This document shows, piece by piece, positions 41,120 to 55,200 of a stretch of 64,000 nucleotides of DNA. This DNA is from the human T2T-CHM13v2.0 reference genome, Homo sapiens. A model generated the notes under the pieces. That model worked only from the letters and a program-made list of their open reading frames with translations, did not search any database and was not told the DNA's origin. The position numbers were made by a program, and so were the translations under genes. Position 1 is the first letter of the stretch. Each line of letters starts with the position of its first letter. Location: NCBI RefSeq assembly GCF_009914755.1, contig NC_060938.1; one strand, written 5' to 3'.

Positions 41120-42884
41120 AAATTAAAGTACTGTTTTCCAAGTAAACTGAAGAACAAAGTTCTTACACCCATTGCAAATAAATATCATGAGAAGATATTT
41201 TTAAAAATGATAATCCAATTAAATTACCATCTAATTGATTGATATTTTCCCTTGTAGGCATAAACTTTAAAAAGTCTATAAAGAAGTGAGGAAGATTAGA
41301 GTCGAGTCTACCCTGCTATGTTTTAAAAATCATGCTACATAAACAATGTTTGCAATGGTTAAAAGAAACTATGGTGTTTCAGATTCATTGTAGCAAAACA
41401 ACACTGTCTGCAGGAATTGTGTTAATAAAGTGTATTTTTAGTTTAAGCATATTCTTTGTTAGAATATATTACATTTTTCTCAAGAGGGAGGCTTTTTTAA
41501 ATAGCAGAGGTACAGTGGTTCTTGCTTATTCTCCTCCTTTCATCGTTCCTCCTTATACTGAACAAAGCGCAGATCACTCAAGCTAAATAGCTGTGCTGTT
41601 TAATTCACCAGCTGTTACTGGAAGTGACCACTTTCTTTCCTCCAGTAAGGAGTGTTGTTTCTGATGGGGATTCCATTATCACAAGTAATATAAATCACAT
41701 TCTCTAATTAATTGCTCAATTATAGTCCATTGGCTTTAACAAAAAATCATACTGTTAAATTAAAAAATCTAACAGTTGCAATATTCTTGATATATACTGC
41801 TAATTATAATCTGAACAAATTAAATAATGTGATATATGGTATACTAAAATAACACCTCCTTCTTCCCTTTTTTGTGTATTGTTTGGTTTTGCAATCTGGA
41901 AATTCACTATATTCTATATCAAAATTATTCTTTTGTATTCATGTTTTGATTTATTTGTGTGCATTTTGTCTTTTATTTTTATTTTTACAAAATCTATACC
42001 TAGGAAGCACAGCTCATTGAATCCTTAACTCGATGTCAGTGGGTTTCTAAACCATCATCTCTTTCAACTGGAAAGTATGGGTTAGTCAGAAAATGTTGGC
42101 TGGCTGAACAGCATTTGGAGAGTGGCATGCAGAGCAGGTGCAGTAGGAGGTTCAGAATTGGTTAAGAATGGCTCTGGTCAGAAATCATGCTGGAAGCAGC
42201 TACTCTGAGGAAAGTAGTGTTCAGTAAAATCCTTTCAAAGTGTTGTCCTGTAAAATCATTATTTCTTCTTTTAATCTAACTCTGATGGGGTTTTGCTACT
42301 CTGTACAGCTTGTAGATGAGTAAAACCCTCTATTCCCCTACCATTCTGCCCAGAATTCATTTTTCTGACAAGCATTGAAACACATTGCCTTCATAGATTC
42401 CTTTTTTTGCTGTTTCCCAACCAATTATGCCAAATCCAGAATCTTCCATAATTAATTTTTCACAATTTTTCCTATCCAATAAACTTGCTTGTTAAATTAT
42501 ACTTATAGCCTAAGCTGTAGCTTTTGCTTAATTAATACATGCAAATATAAAAAGCAGAATAATTAAAGGATTATTTATAATACAAAAAGAAAAGTGATTC
42601 AGTAACTGAAGAATTTCTTTTATTAAATATTATTTGCAAATTACCTCTGCTTTCAGGCCTCCTGTGTAATATCTAAGTTGTCAAGGTGTTTATTGGAGAA
42701 GCCAAATGTGGTTGTGTGTTTAACACCTTTGAATTTTGGAGTTTTAAAGCTATTCTAAAATCCTTGGAACTACCCTCTGGCTGCCAATGTGCTTTTCATT
42801 AAGATCACATGATGGGGACTTCACAATCAAAAGCTACCAAGCACCTATATTTCAAAGATATAGGAGTGGATAATTTAAATGGCT

Positions 42885-43060
42885 CAATAAACATAATCGC
42901 TTATTTTATAGAGTGCTTGGCATGTGTTAGCTCTATGCTAAACACTTTGTATTATCTATCAAATATTATCCTTACAACAACTGTAAGGGACGGATACTTT
43001 TACAGTCTCAGTTTAGCTCAGGAAATATTGAGAAAATATTTAAATAATTCAAGGTAAGGA
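42885..43060 (-). mobile_element. MIR SINE
   Basis: TAGAGTGCTTGGCATGTGTTAG...TGCTAAACACTTT...ATCCTTACAACAACTGTAAGG. Confidence 0.6.
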
Positions 43061-44550
43061 CAGCTGACTTAAGACTCCATAAAGATGCAGTAGGTATTCT
43101 GACCACTGTTTTTTCTTTGTTTGTTTTTAATTTGGGCACAATATTACCCTCAATTTCCACTAGAAACTGGGTATGGTTTTAACAGGCTGAGACCATCTTC
43201 TACACCAAATTTCTTCTTATTGTGTTAATTGACCTCCAAATTTCTAGTTTTTTCTTGGGTTAAGATTGTTTTAGCTGTACTGCCTTAGATAATAAACTCA
43301 AGTGGCATACCTTAAACTCAAGAAGGTTTACTTCTTGAGTTTATTATTTTCACTCACTTGAGTTTATTATTTTCTTCTTACTAAGACTAAAGAATCTGAG
43401 AAAGTGGGAGGTGATTATAGTTAAACGATGAATTGCAATTCTCTGAGTTAAATATTCATCCCAAGGAAAAATACGAAACTTCAGCAAAAGGCAATATACA
43501 CATTATTTTTAGATATTTACTATTTAAGGCGATCTTGTAAAAAATAGGAAATGATTCAACAATGCATTGATAATGTGGAAAAAAATAACCTAAATCAATG
43601 CAAAACTTGGCATTGTTAGGTGGGCTACCGCTGGGTGCTTTTCATTCCCACTTTGCTTAACCTAGCGTTGACCCGTGGGAGATCCACATTTAATTCCTCA
43701 AAAATGTGTTGATGACTTTTTTTCTGCACTCTTGCAATTTAGAAGCTATTGAATTTCAGTTGAAAGTGAAACTCATCATTATTTTTCTTCTCTTATCTTC
43801 TGGGTAGTGTTGCATGCTGTTGAAAAGTTGGATGCGTGCTTTTCTGTTATAAAGTGATTTTATTTACTTGAATTTATATCTAAATATACTTATTTACTTA
43901 CATTTATTTTTAACTGCCTAATTTGGCTTATAATCTATATAGCTAGATAGTCAACCACTTAATTATTTTGAAATAATTCATGTTAAACCATAAATGTTTG
44001 TAATTCCATACAGCAACTATGGAATGATCGAACATTCCATAGCTTCGATCATTCTCAGAATTAAGAAGATATTACGTTTTATGACTGCCAGCAATATTAT
44101 GTTTAGATCATCTATTTGGCGGAAAAACAAATGTCAAATTTAATATCTTTGGAAAATGTATTGTGAACGTTAACTGATATTGAGCACTTTGTACTTACCA
44201 GGTTTTTTTTGTTGTGGTGGTGCTGTTTTTTGTTTTTTACATCATAATTTGGTCTCAGAAACAGGTACCATTAAATGTTTTCTGGGAAAATATATGTATA
44301 TTAAGGGAGGTGAACTCAACCATAGAACGACATTTTTATTATCTTTTGTTTCATAATGTATTGTTAAGGAGATCATCAATTTGATTCTAGCAGTTTTCCC
44401 TCCGGATCATCAGCATCAAACATAACATAGGAGAGAGAGAGCAGGAGCAGTAGATCACACAGTGACATCAAATCAGGGTATCCTCATACTGCGTGATGAA
44501 ATCAATTAGAAACTTGACAAATCAACTCCAGCTATTAATGGAAAGGCACA

Positions 44551-44718
44551 TTGTACATATATATATTTGTGTGCGTGTGTATACACACACACATACACAC
44601 ATACATATGTATCTATACATATATAATACATATTGATATATGTATAGACATATATACAGAGAGAAATCTATCCTATATATACACACACACACACATATGG
44701 AGAGAGAAAGAGAGAAAC
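44551..44718. repeat. Mixed (TA)/(CA)/(GA) simple repeat
   Basis: Direct read. Confidence 0.9.
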
Positions 44719-45563
44719 AGATTTGATGGACTTTGGCATGGAATTCAGCCACACTGTCTTCATCCAGTAGCTTTGATGGCATGGGCTAAGAATTCTCACA
44801 AATGACATCAATTCTGAGAAAGCGAACTGAGTTGTTTTCCTAACTTTCCTGTTTCTGTCTGGGCATGGTAGGAAAATCATCTTTGAGTTTCTACTACAAT
44901 TTTGATGTGAGGGACATTTTGAGAATACTGACACTATGATGGAAGAGGAGACTCCAGGATCTGAACTGGGAAAATAATCTGAAGCTTTAGCACAGGATAA
45001 GCAAAATTCACTCTACTTCAAATCAATTAGAACCCTGGTTCATGACTTTTGTATCACCCCACAAGGGAGAGAAGAAGCCAAATATTCCTTCAAATATTTT
45101 ATACAACTTCAGTTGATAATCTCCTCTTCCATGTCCTCAGCCTACTCAAATAATGTCAAAATATAAAATACTCAGAGAGGAGAAACAACAGGTTCCTAGT
45201 ATTTTGAAGAGAGACAAAGATAAATCACCCACACCATATTGGAACCAAGAGAAAGCACCCACAAAGACGTACAAGCTGAAGTAAGATGCAGAACAAACCA
45301 CATTATGACCATGAACACATACACTTTCTTCCCCATAATTAAAAAATAGTTGAAAGAATGAAATTCGCATAGATAATAAAAGGAAAAAAAGTAAGAAAGA
45401 AAAACAGCAGGAGAATTTGAAGGAAACCCAATTTGAAAGAAAATATAATGCAAGAATTAAGGCAGAAATTTTTCGGGAATTTTCTATGCTACAGAAAAAC
45501 TCAATAAAAGCAAAGGTTCAATAGGTACATAATTTTTAAAGATTATAAAACAACCAAATGAGA

Positions 45564-46060
45564 TGGTAATGAATTATCTCTTGCTCCCAAAACAATGTCC
45601 ACCCAGAACCTCAGAATTAATGTAAGCTTATTTGGAATAAGGGTCTTTGCAGAAATAATTAAGTAAGGATCTCAGATGAGATTGCTCTGGATTTGGGTGA
45701 GTCTAAATCTAATGATGCATGTCCACATAAGAGACAAAAAAAAAAAAAAAAAAAAAAGAGAGAGAGAAAATGCAGAGACACAAGAGAGATGTAGATGTCA
45801 GATAAACAGGAGAGAAGCCATGTGCAAAGGCAGAGGTTGGAGTCATGCAGCTACAAGCCAGGGGACCTTAAGCCTTGCCAGAAGCAAGAAAAAGCTAGAA
45901 GAAAAGCATGAAACAGCTCTCCCTCAGAGCCTCCGGAAGCAACCAACTCTGAAAACTGATTTGAGACTTCCATCTTTTGGAACTGTGAGAGTATATTTCT
46001 GTTGTTTCAAATCACCAAGTTTGTGGTAAGTGGTTACAAAAGCCCCAGGAAATTAAAACG
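45564..46060 (+). mobile_element. MaLR LTR, MLT1C-like
   Basis: TTATTTGGAATAAGGGTCTTTGCAG...GCTACAAGCCA...CTCCCTCAGAGCCTCC...GAACTGTGAGA...CCAAGTTTGTGGTAA. Confidence 0.88.
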
Positions 46061-46749
46061 GAGATGAAATGTGAGATTGCATAACTACGGAAGCAAATCA
46101 AGGACCAAACAAGATTATTACAAAAAATAATTAAATTAGAAGCAGTGAGGATAGAGAAGCTGCAAATTGAATTAATGACAGAAAGTGTAGCAAAGCCTCT
46201 TACTTTTTTCCCCCCAACTGCCTCTATACCCTTTTTCTCGAAAAGACAAGCCTCTCAAAACACATTTTCTGGTGTCCCTTGTGATTGGCTGTTGGGTGCT
46301 ACTTCCGTTCTGACCATAGTGTCTAAGGCAGAAGCACAGGTGTAATTCTAGAAAGTATCTTTAAAGAAAGAATGCATGTCTTAATATTTCCACTTCCCTG
46401 CTGGCTGACATGCAAGGAGTATGAACGGAAATAGAGACTTAGAGATGGTCCACACTCAGCCTAACAGAGCAACAAAACGAAAGCCAACTGGGCTGAAAAG
46501 TGTGGGGCTTCCATACCATCCGTGAGAGGGTTATGCTGGACTTGCTGGATGAAAGAAAAATGAACTGCTCTCTTGTTTAGACCACTCACACATTTCAACT
46601 TTCGTTACAGAACCCAGAACTTTTATTTTAAATAGTGTATCCTAATATGCATAGAGATATATCTGAAATTATATTCAAAATATATTCATGATGGGTAGGT
46701 ATCTGCTTAACTTTTTATAACACATACTTTTATTTATATCGAATAAAGA

Positions 46750-47135
46750 GAAGAGGCTTTGAAGTTAGTCTGGGGTTCAAATTATTACGCTATCACTTGC
46801 CATTGATCTTAAGTGAATCAATTCATGTATTTGAAACTTAATCCTTCATTTAAGCAAGAGAGATAGAACTGCCTTTAACCTCAGTTTTCTAAAGTATAAA
46901 ATGGGAGTACTGTACTATTCCCTCTTTCATAGGTCTATTTTTAGATTTATTTAAAGTGCTTAGAATGATGTCTGGAACAAATTAAGCATTATATGATGTT
47001 TAGCTATTCTCATCATCCTTATCTTTACTATTATTGTTAACTAATAAGATATGGGAATGAAAAATGATAGAGAATATGTAATGTTTAGCTTAATGCCTGA
47101 CAAGTCACAAATGCTGACTAAATGATAGTCATATT
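46750..47135 (+). mobile_element. MIR fragments
   Basis: GGCTTTGAAGTTAG...GGTTCAAAT; CCTCAGTTTTCTAAAGTATAAAATGGGA...TAAAGTGCTTAGAA. Confidence 0.6.
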
Positions 47136-48057
47136 ATTTCACCTCTTATTTAGTAAGCACATGAAAACATGTTTTCCAATTTGTCCCCTCCTGTCATGCT
47201 AATTGAGGACACCGATTGTAGAGTAGTCTTAGTTTTCTATCCAATATTCTGATATTCTAACCTCTAGTATCTCCTGCCACATTAATTCATTCCAGTTATT
47301 TCTGCCAAATTAATTCTTTTAAAGCATGGCTTGGTAAAATCACTATCCCACTCATCATGGTTTAAAGAACCAAAATAAAATTCCTCATTTTGTCTTACAA
47401 ATCATTTTGTAATATAATTCAAATGTTCCTTCCAGTTTCACCCCTTTGACTTTTATTATACATTGTGCTGTACATTCAAGTGAAATAGTCAAGTCATATT
47501 TGCCTAAATATTTCTCACAAATTTTTATCTCATCTTTGCTTATGCTGCTGCTCCCATTACTCGGGTCGGGGGGGGTTCTTCTTTTTTTCTTTCTACATAT
47601 ATGAATATTTAAGGCTTTTCTAAATGTTCATTCCTTTACCAACCTCTCCGGGCATTTTTGATGGAATGTAGTTTTTCTCTCCTCTGGTTTTGAAGCCCTT
47701 TATAATAATAATGCTAACTATGATGCCTGTGATAGGGATTGTTACCCAAATCTGCCTGCTCACTTCCTTCCCCTTGGGCACCATGAAAAATTAGCTATAT
47801 ACACGCAGAAGACAATAGCTAAATGGGAAATAAAGTACCTCCCCCACCATCTCCCCGCTGTGTGGTTAATATGACAAATAAGAAAGCCAAGTAATTCTTC
47901 TTCCTTTAAACCTAGCCCTCAATTCCTAGGTATGCAGTGACCTCTTTGAATCTATTTACTCAGCCAACTTTGTGAAAAAGATGTACCAAACTGACTTCCA
48001 TCTAGTTTCAGACAAATAAATATAGAAAGACTGAGGAATAAAAATGATAGGGCCTGA

Positions 48058-48216
48058 CAGCTTTTCTCAAAGTTGAATGTACATATTCATCACTTAGGGA
48101 TCTTGATAAATCACAAATTTCAATCAGCAAATCTGGGAGTAGTCCCGAAATTCTTCATTTCTAGTAATTTTCCAGGTATGAAAATGTTGCTTGTCTGTGG
48201 ACCATTCTGAGTGGCA
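48058..48216. mobile_element. MER5A hAT-Charlie DNA transposon
   Basis: TTCTCAAAGTTGAATGTACAT...GATCTTGATAAA...CATTTCTAGTAATTTTCCAGGT...GTCTGTGGACCA. Confidence 0.7.
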
Positions 48217-49391
48217 TTTCAACTTAATAAAGATAGGCATTTAAAATGAGCTTGCTCTCCGGGAATTGCGGAGTCAATGAGGAAGCAAGAGCTGTCATGT
48301 TGCTTATTTGCACAGTCGTGTTGTCTACTATGAATGTTCTAAATATGACCAATTAGGTGAAGCAATTATTTTTTCCATGAAATGCAGCTAAAACAAGATA
48401 CACAGTGGAGACCATGCAGTTTTTTTTCTGCATTCTTCTTCTGAGTAGAGTGAAGAATGGTTTCTAGAAGATTCATCTCCGCAATAGACAAAAACAGAAA
48501 TGATGTTGGAGAATCAAATAGAGTTTCCCCCTCACCGATGTATGCCATTCTTCTTCTCTTTATTAGATTTGACTTCACATAGTTATTTATACATTTGGCC
48601 ACATTACACTGTTTACATTAGTTCTGTAGCTTTGCTCAGAATAGGGATGCTATTTTGCTATTATGCTTGTATCATAGTAAGGTATAGGTATATGATAGCA
48701 CTTTAAAAGTGTTGTTGAATTAAATCAAGTTTTTGTTCTGAGAATTGCTCTGGTAGCTCATGACATTTACATTAAAGCTGTTAATAAAAAGAGAGAATCT
48801 CTTTGTGGACTCAGGAAACCAAAACACAAGTATTCCACGTGCACGAAGACCCTGTAATTGTAGGCAACTTTCGGGGTACTGTGGTATCACAGAATGAATG
48901 GGGAGTTCTGACTAATAAAGATTCAGATGTCAACTGGGATGCTTACTTAGTATTTAAATTACAAGTAATATTAATAATATTATTTGTGTTGTTGAAGTAT
49001 GAAATAAAGTATATTACATAATATAATACCTGAAACATAATAGGTGCTCAATAAATGTTGAGTAGCCCCCACCTTTATCCCAAGAATGTCCTTGGTAATG
49101 AGAACAAGTCCAGTTTAGAATTGCGTAGATTGCCTTGCTTACATTCAAATACTGCTTTTGGTTCTGCCCGTATGGGAATAATTCAGTGGAAACATCTTGT
49201 TGCCAACTGTATTGTATATTGGATAAATAAACCTTAGAGGTCTTTCCTGAAACTCCAGCAGGTACCAGTAGCTAGGCACAAATATTTCAGAAACGGAAGT
49301 GGCTTGTTGCTCCTCACTTTTTGTATATAAAAGAAAAATATCTGTAACTTTGGACCTACAGAATCAAATAGTTATTTCTGTATGCATATAT

Positions 49392-49849
49392 TGCTACAGT
49401 TTGAATGTTTGTACCCTCCAAAACTCACGTGGAAAATCTCCAATATGGCAGTATTGAGAGATGGGGCCTTTAAGAGGTGATATGTGTCATGAGGGCTCTG
49501 CCATCATGAATGGATTAATTCATTAATGGATTAATGGGTTAATAAGTTAATGAGTTATCATGGGAAAGAAACTGGTGGCTTATTAAGAAGAGAAAGAGGG
49601 ACCTGAGCTAGTGTGCTCAGTCTCCTCATCATGTGATGTCCTGTGTCATCTTGAGACTCTGTAGAGAATCCTGCCCTCAGCAAGAAGGCCCTCCCCAGAT
49701 GCAGCCCATCAAACTCTCAAACTTCTAAAACTTCTCAAACTCTCAAACTTCTCAGCCTCCAGAACTACTGTAAAAATTAATTTGTTTTTTTTTAAATAAA
49801 TTACCATCTCAAGCACTACGTTATAAGCAACAAAAAACAAACTAAGACA
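49392..49849 (+). mobile_element. MaLR LTR, MST family (MSTB2/MSTC-like)
   Basis: TGCTACAGTTTGAATGTTTGTACCCTCCAAAACTCA...CAGCAAGAAGGCCCTC...ACTAAGACA; near-TSD TATAT/TGTAT. Confidence 0.9.
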
Positions 49850-51992
49850 TGTATGCTTCTGTGTGTATGTGTGTATGTATGTAGAATGAAAGAGAGCAAA
49901 AGAGAGAAGAGATAACCAGTTTAATTTGTTAGACCAACAAAACTTCTTTTTAGTTTATGGGTTTGAAACAGCTAAACTACATAAATTTTGAAAATTTTTA
50001 AAGACCAAATTTTTATTTATTTATATATTCAAAAGCATTATTCAAGAAAATAAAATGACTCTCCATTTAACAGGATTAATTCAATAAAGCCACCAGGCAA
50101 GGCCATGTACTCATAGGATCATCAAGACAGAATCCAAGTCTCTCCAGCTGCCTGTCTCCTGTACCTCTTGTTGACCCTTTCCCTGTTTCATCACAGTTCA
50201 CAGCTTCCTCAAACTTCATGCCCCACCACCAATATCATACATATTCCATTTTTCTTGTTAATTTCATACTTTAAAAAAACTGAACATAAAACATAAAAAA
50301 CCTAACAACAACAACAATAACAGCAATGCTCTTAGCATTGTCTTTTATTATCTATTGGGCCAACCCAAGATCCTCCTAATGCTTTAAACCACATTGCCCC
50401 ATTCATGTCTCTTCTCTTTGCCTCTCTACCTTTTGCTCTTTTCCTTCCTGAAAGGTGATATTTTGTGTGCATATCTTGAGGAAGGTGTGGTTACTTATCT
50501 GTCCCTTTAGAATAACAACTGATGAATAAAATCATTATAATATATAAATAGTAGGTAGTTGCTTAACATGTAACTACTGCCTGATAGATTTGCATTTTAA
50601 CTCTTCTTATTCCACTTGAAGATATTCCAAATGCTGGATGCATCTTTTTCTGTTTAATGGAGAGATCATCTAAAAATCACACTGTGTTCATGAGCTCCTA
50701 TGAATAAGACCGTTCCTGTTGCAAAATCTTTTCCTAGATCCAATTTTAATGTTTAAGTTAGGCAGCTCCCTTAGAAATATATTAGTGAATACAGTCCTTC
50801 TGCTTCCACTTATAAGGTAATTTAACACAAAACATGATCTAAGTCTTAACATGAAGTAAACCTTCAATTACAAGTGGGCAGGAGTTGGGGGGACTAATTT
50901 ATTTTGTCCTTTTTGGTACCTTAGTTTGAAAATCATATTTCTCTTCAAAAATACCTTCTAGAAAGAATAAAGTTATGCAGAGGACAAAAGACACTGGTTT
51001 TTTTTCCTCTAGTTTTTAAAATTATTATTATCATCAATGTCTTTTGCCATTCCACTTAAGTTTACTGTAACTACTGTAAATAGTCCTCTCTGATGCATCT
51101 CTGTGTACCTCCAAAAATTTTATTATCTTTTTTTTCCCCCCCAAAACGAGGAAGACATTGTTTGGGCTTTAATGCTTGAAAGAAGTTACAATGCTGCAAT
51201 TTTCTTAGCAAGAGAATCTGATATCTTGGAACATCCACAGAGTCTTGGTATTTTCATTCAGACAGATCTGGGAGCTCACTTTTTGTGCTTCTTAGTTCTG
51301 TGTCATTCATTTCAGCGGGGGAAAGAAGACAGGGGCTGGGAGGAGTAACAGAACTGAAATAAGGCTGCTGCTCAGATTTAGTCATTGAAAGTTTCACCCA
51401 TGCCTGTAACTTCAATGACATTTTAACATCTTTTGATAGTTTAATTCAACTAAACATGTATTCAGTACAATAGCTGGAAAATAAAACTACCCCTACCTTA
51501 AAGAACATAAGAAGACTTGGTTTGGTATATTTAAAAACATACTTTTCAAGAAAGTGAGAACATGCTATCAGATCGCTGGTCGCTGGTCTGTAAGCTCTTG
51601 TAAGCTGAAGCAGGAATCTTTCCTGATTTGGGGATAGCATCTGGCTAATAAGAGCTGGTTGCAGAGTCTCAGACCTGCCACTAACACTTAAACCTCAAAT
51701 GTCCCAGTTTCATTGTCTGTAAATGAAACAGTGACACTAAATTGACTCTATGATCTTTTCCTTCCTTACATTCCATGATTCTTGAAGTAAGAATCAAGAC
51801 ACCAAGCCACAGAGTGCCAAATCAAATATAATACAGACCATCACAGGTGTGACAGCCAACGCTATGTGTGATCAAGACATGGAGAAAAAGGCAATTGCAG
51901 TAATTGGAAAGGCCTGATGGAAGAGCCAAAAACTACAGTCTAGAAGTTAGGCAGGAAGCAGATGGCCTAGAAGAGAGAAAAGAACAGATTTA

Positions 51993-52290
51993 GTGTATTC
52001 CATCAAATGTATGATGCCTTCAATTATAAGATACACTATAATTGTATGCATTACTAAAAGGGAAAATGCTACCAATTAAACTAGAATCTTGTGCTTTGTT
52101 ATCTCTTGATTTTTTAAGACATTTATTTAAAAAGCTCCTTTAGACTCATTTGAATGTAAAAAGACAGAACAACATGAACAGCGGTGATCAAGTTGATTCA
52201 AATACGATTCATGAAAACTGCACCCTAAATGCTCCCCGGTCAACAAAAAGGGTAAATACTATGGATTGTAAGACAGACAATTTACAGAAA
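51993..52290. mobile_element. TcMar-Tc2 DNA transposon fragment (Kanga/MER104-like)
   Basis: GTATTCCATCAAATGTATGATGCCTTCAATTATAAGATACAC...AAAATGCTACCAATTAAACTA resembles a Kanga-type terminus. Confidence 0.5.
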
Positions 52291-55200
52291 TACTAAAATG
52301 TAGCAGTATAAATGTATATCTTAACAATGAGTGAGACAGGCTAGCAGGCATTTTATGGGTAAAAATCACAGCGTGTTGAGTGAACAGGACGGTAAATGGT
52401 GTGTGTACACCATGAGGTGATGAAGCACAGGGTCTTGGTGGATGCACGAACAGTGCTCTGAAAAAAACATCACAACGCCTAGGTCAGAAAAAGCTGGGCA
52501 CAGGATGCATAACAGAAGGTTTAACACTTAACCGTGGCAGAGCCAAATAAGTTTTGTTAAAGTGCATATGCCTTCAAATCCAAAATGTCTAGATGACTCT
52601 CTCTAATCAGTATCCTGTTCCTTGATTAGCTAGAACTTGCCAAACGGAAACTGGGTTCTGAAAGACTCATTATAAACTAAGTAACACTTCCACTTAATAC
52701 TTAAATATCAAATGGCCCACACTTACACAAAAGAAGCATTTAATTACATGTGTATGCTTTCATCTTAGTCCTCAGGGAAAGAAGTAAAGGACTTTATTCT
52801 TGAAAATACCTTATGGCTCACACAGTACAGAAAAACAGTGGACACTTTCACGTGTTTTGTCACTGAAACAGCTATGTGTCATTTCAAATCCCATTCAAAT
52901 CTTCCAGTGAAGATAATTCTCCTATAAAATCTCCTCCGGAAGACAGCCAAAGGCCTGCAAGCAAACTAGAAGAGAGCCTATCAAAAAGAGCGTGATTCTT
53001 CCAGTTCCGAACAGTATTTAAGAATCTTATTTTCTACTGTCGTTGCCAAACAGATTACTCTCAGCATTGGTGACTAGGGAGTGGATTTCATTACTAAACC
53101 CAAGGTCACAGGTGGTTTCACACTGAAGCATAATTAAATTGTGTAGAATGAATTAAAATTGTTTAGCAAATAAGTTCTCCTTGTTTGGGCTGAATAGGAC
53201 AGACAGAATGCAGCGCCATGTTCAGGCTGAAGCCAGGCAGCACTTGGGCCCAGGAAGATTAATCTGGAGTGCAATCACTTGATGATCCCTGACTATGAAT
53301 ACTTAATTTAAATTATTTCTCGGCCACACTGGAATGGGAAAAGCAATCACTCATAATTAGCAGGTCACTTTTTTTGTAGGACTATTTATGCAAGGCACGG
53401 AGAGGATGGCATAAGAGAAAAGCCCTCTTGTTTAGAGAAAAATTGATATGTGTGTTTGGGATGAACATGATGATCAAAAACTATTAAAGAGGAAAATAAG
53501 TTATTAAGGATGAAGGAGTTCACTTAATTGTATATTTCCATATGTGCACTTTGATGGGCTGAAAGATACCACCCAGGAAATAGGTAGCAGACTGGTGAGA
53601 GTAGCTTTTCTCACTTTGGGAGAAATCAGTTCTCTTCGGCTAGGTTTTTAGAAAAGACACAAACACAGTAAGTCCCTTGGAAAATAACTCATGCCCTTTC
53701 CCCAGAGAAGTGATGGGCTTTTTGGCTTCAGGAGTTAAAACTAAAGTAAGAACTATATAATCTCACTTTTTAAATGACTACAAATATATTCTCAGTTTAG
53801 TCATGATGTGTCATGTGAACAATTTCTATTCTATCTCAGTTAGATGTTTGTCCAGTAAATAAATTAAAATATTCAAATTACTACTTAAAGCAGATCTTTT
53901 TGTTTGTTTGTTTTTGAAAAATGCCTTCAGAATATGTTATGCAATATTGACTTACAACAAATATTTATATGCTTTGTGTACACATGTGAGGTGTATGTGT
54001 GTTGATATATGTATAGTAGTTTAATAGTCAAATAAATCCATGAACAAGGGGAAGAGACCAGAAGAACCAGCTATTGACTTACCGGATAGAAAACACAATA
54101 TTTTTTTAGTAGCATACCAGAAATAACCAGAAATATTTGTATGCCATAATTTCTAAAATAATTCACAAAGCAAATTAAAGCTTCGGGTAACAATTAATGA
54201 TGAATTAACCAGATTTACAAGTTCTAAATTTGTTAGTGAATATGCAAATCAGACATCAGCTCTATTGCCAGTTAGAAACAAAGCCAAAACATCTAGGTTT
54301 TTTTTTTCCTTTAATGCATGTTTTTCTGGTATGGTAGAAAGGATTCAGGGTGCTTGAATTGGAAATCAAATTTGTAATATTCTTGCACTGCCTCCTACCT
54401 GATTCAAACATCTTTTTTAAGTTCCTCATCCAGCAGGTGACATAAGGTAGACTTTAGGAGCAACACAATCAGATTAAATTAATACACACTCACAAGAATG
54501 GCTGGTAGTAATTCACTTATGCAAGAATATTCCAAATATTAAAATATACAAGTAAAATTTAAGATGGATTCAGATTAATCTAAACGAAAGCTCACATACT
54601 TATGTTAGTGAAATTAATAACTATAGGTAGTTTGAAAAGATTTAAGAGGCTCAGGGATATATTGTAAATAACAACTGCCTTTAAGGAATTAAATTCTCTT
54701 CTGCTTGGACTGCTTCCTTAAGTTATTACTGGTTTTCCCAGCATCTCTTCTTTCTCCATATACATGTATCTGTTCAGTATTTTTGTTTGTGGTATTATAA
54801 AAGTACTACACCGGTTTGTATATTCCATCTAAATTGCAAGTGGAAATAAATTAGTGATGATTCAGGACATACCTTCCAAGAGTGAATCCCAGACTGCCAT
54901 ACCCTATATAGCCAGGATTCCATATGAATAGAATAAAGATACATCTGTATTTGCCTGAGACAATCCCGGCTCATGTATATTGTCTCAGTTTTCTAGTCCA
55001 GTTTAGTATTTGCCCCTGACTTTTTTTTATTCTTAAGTTAGTTAGTAGTAGTAGTAATTGCACTTCAATAAGCCATGATGAGTTTTGTAGATCTTATTTG
55101 CATTTTTCATTTAGTACTATAAGAAATGTATGTGCAGAAAACAAAATTCCCACTTTAGCACATGATAAAACATTAAAGATAAAGAGAGAGAACTTACATC

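Noticed and set aside
44720-45560. Possible HAL1/old L1 5'-ORF1 relic
   Set aside because: A-rich strand bias is suggestive, but I cannot match diagnostic sequence.
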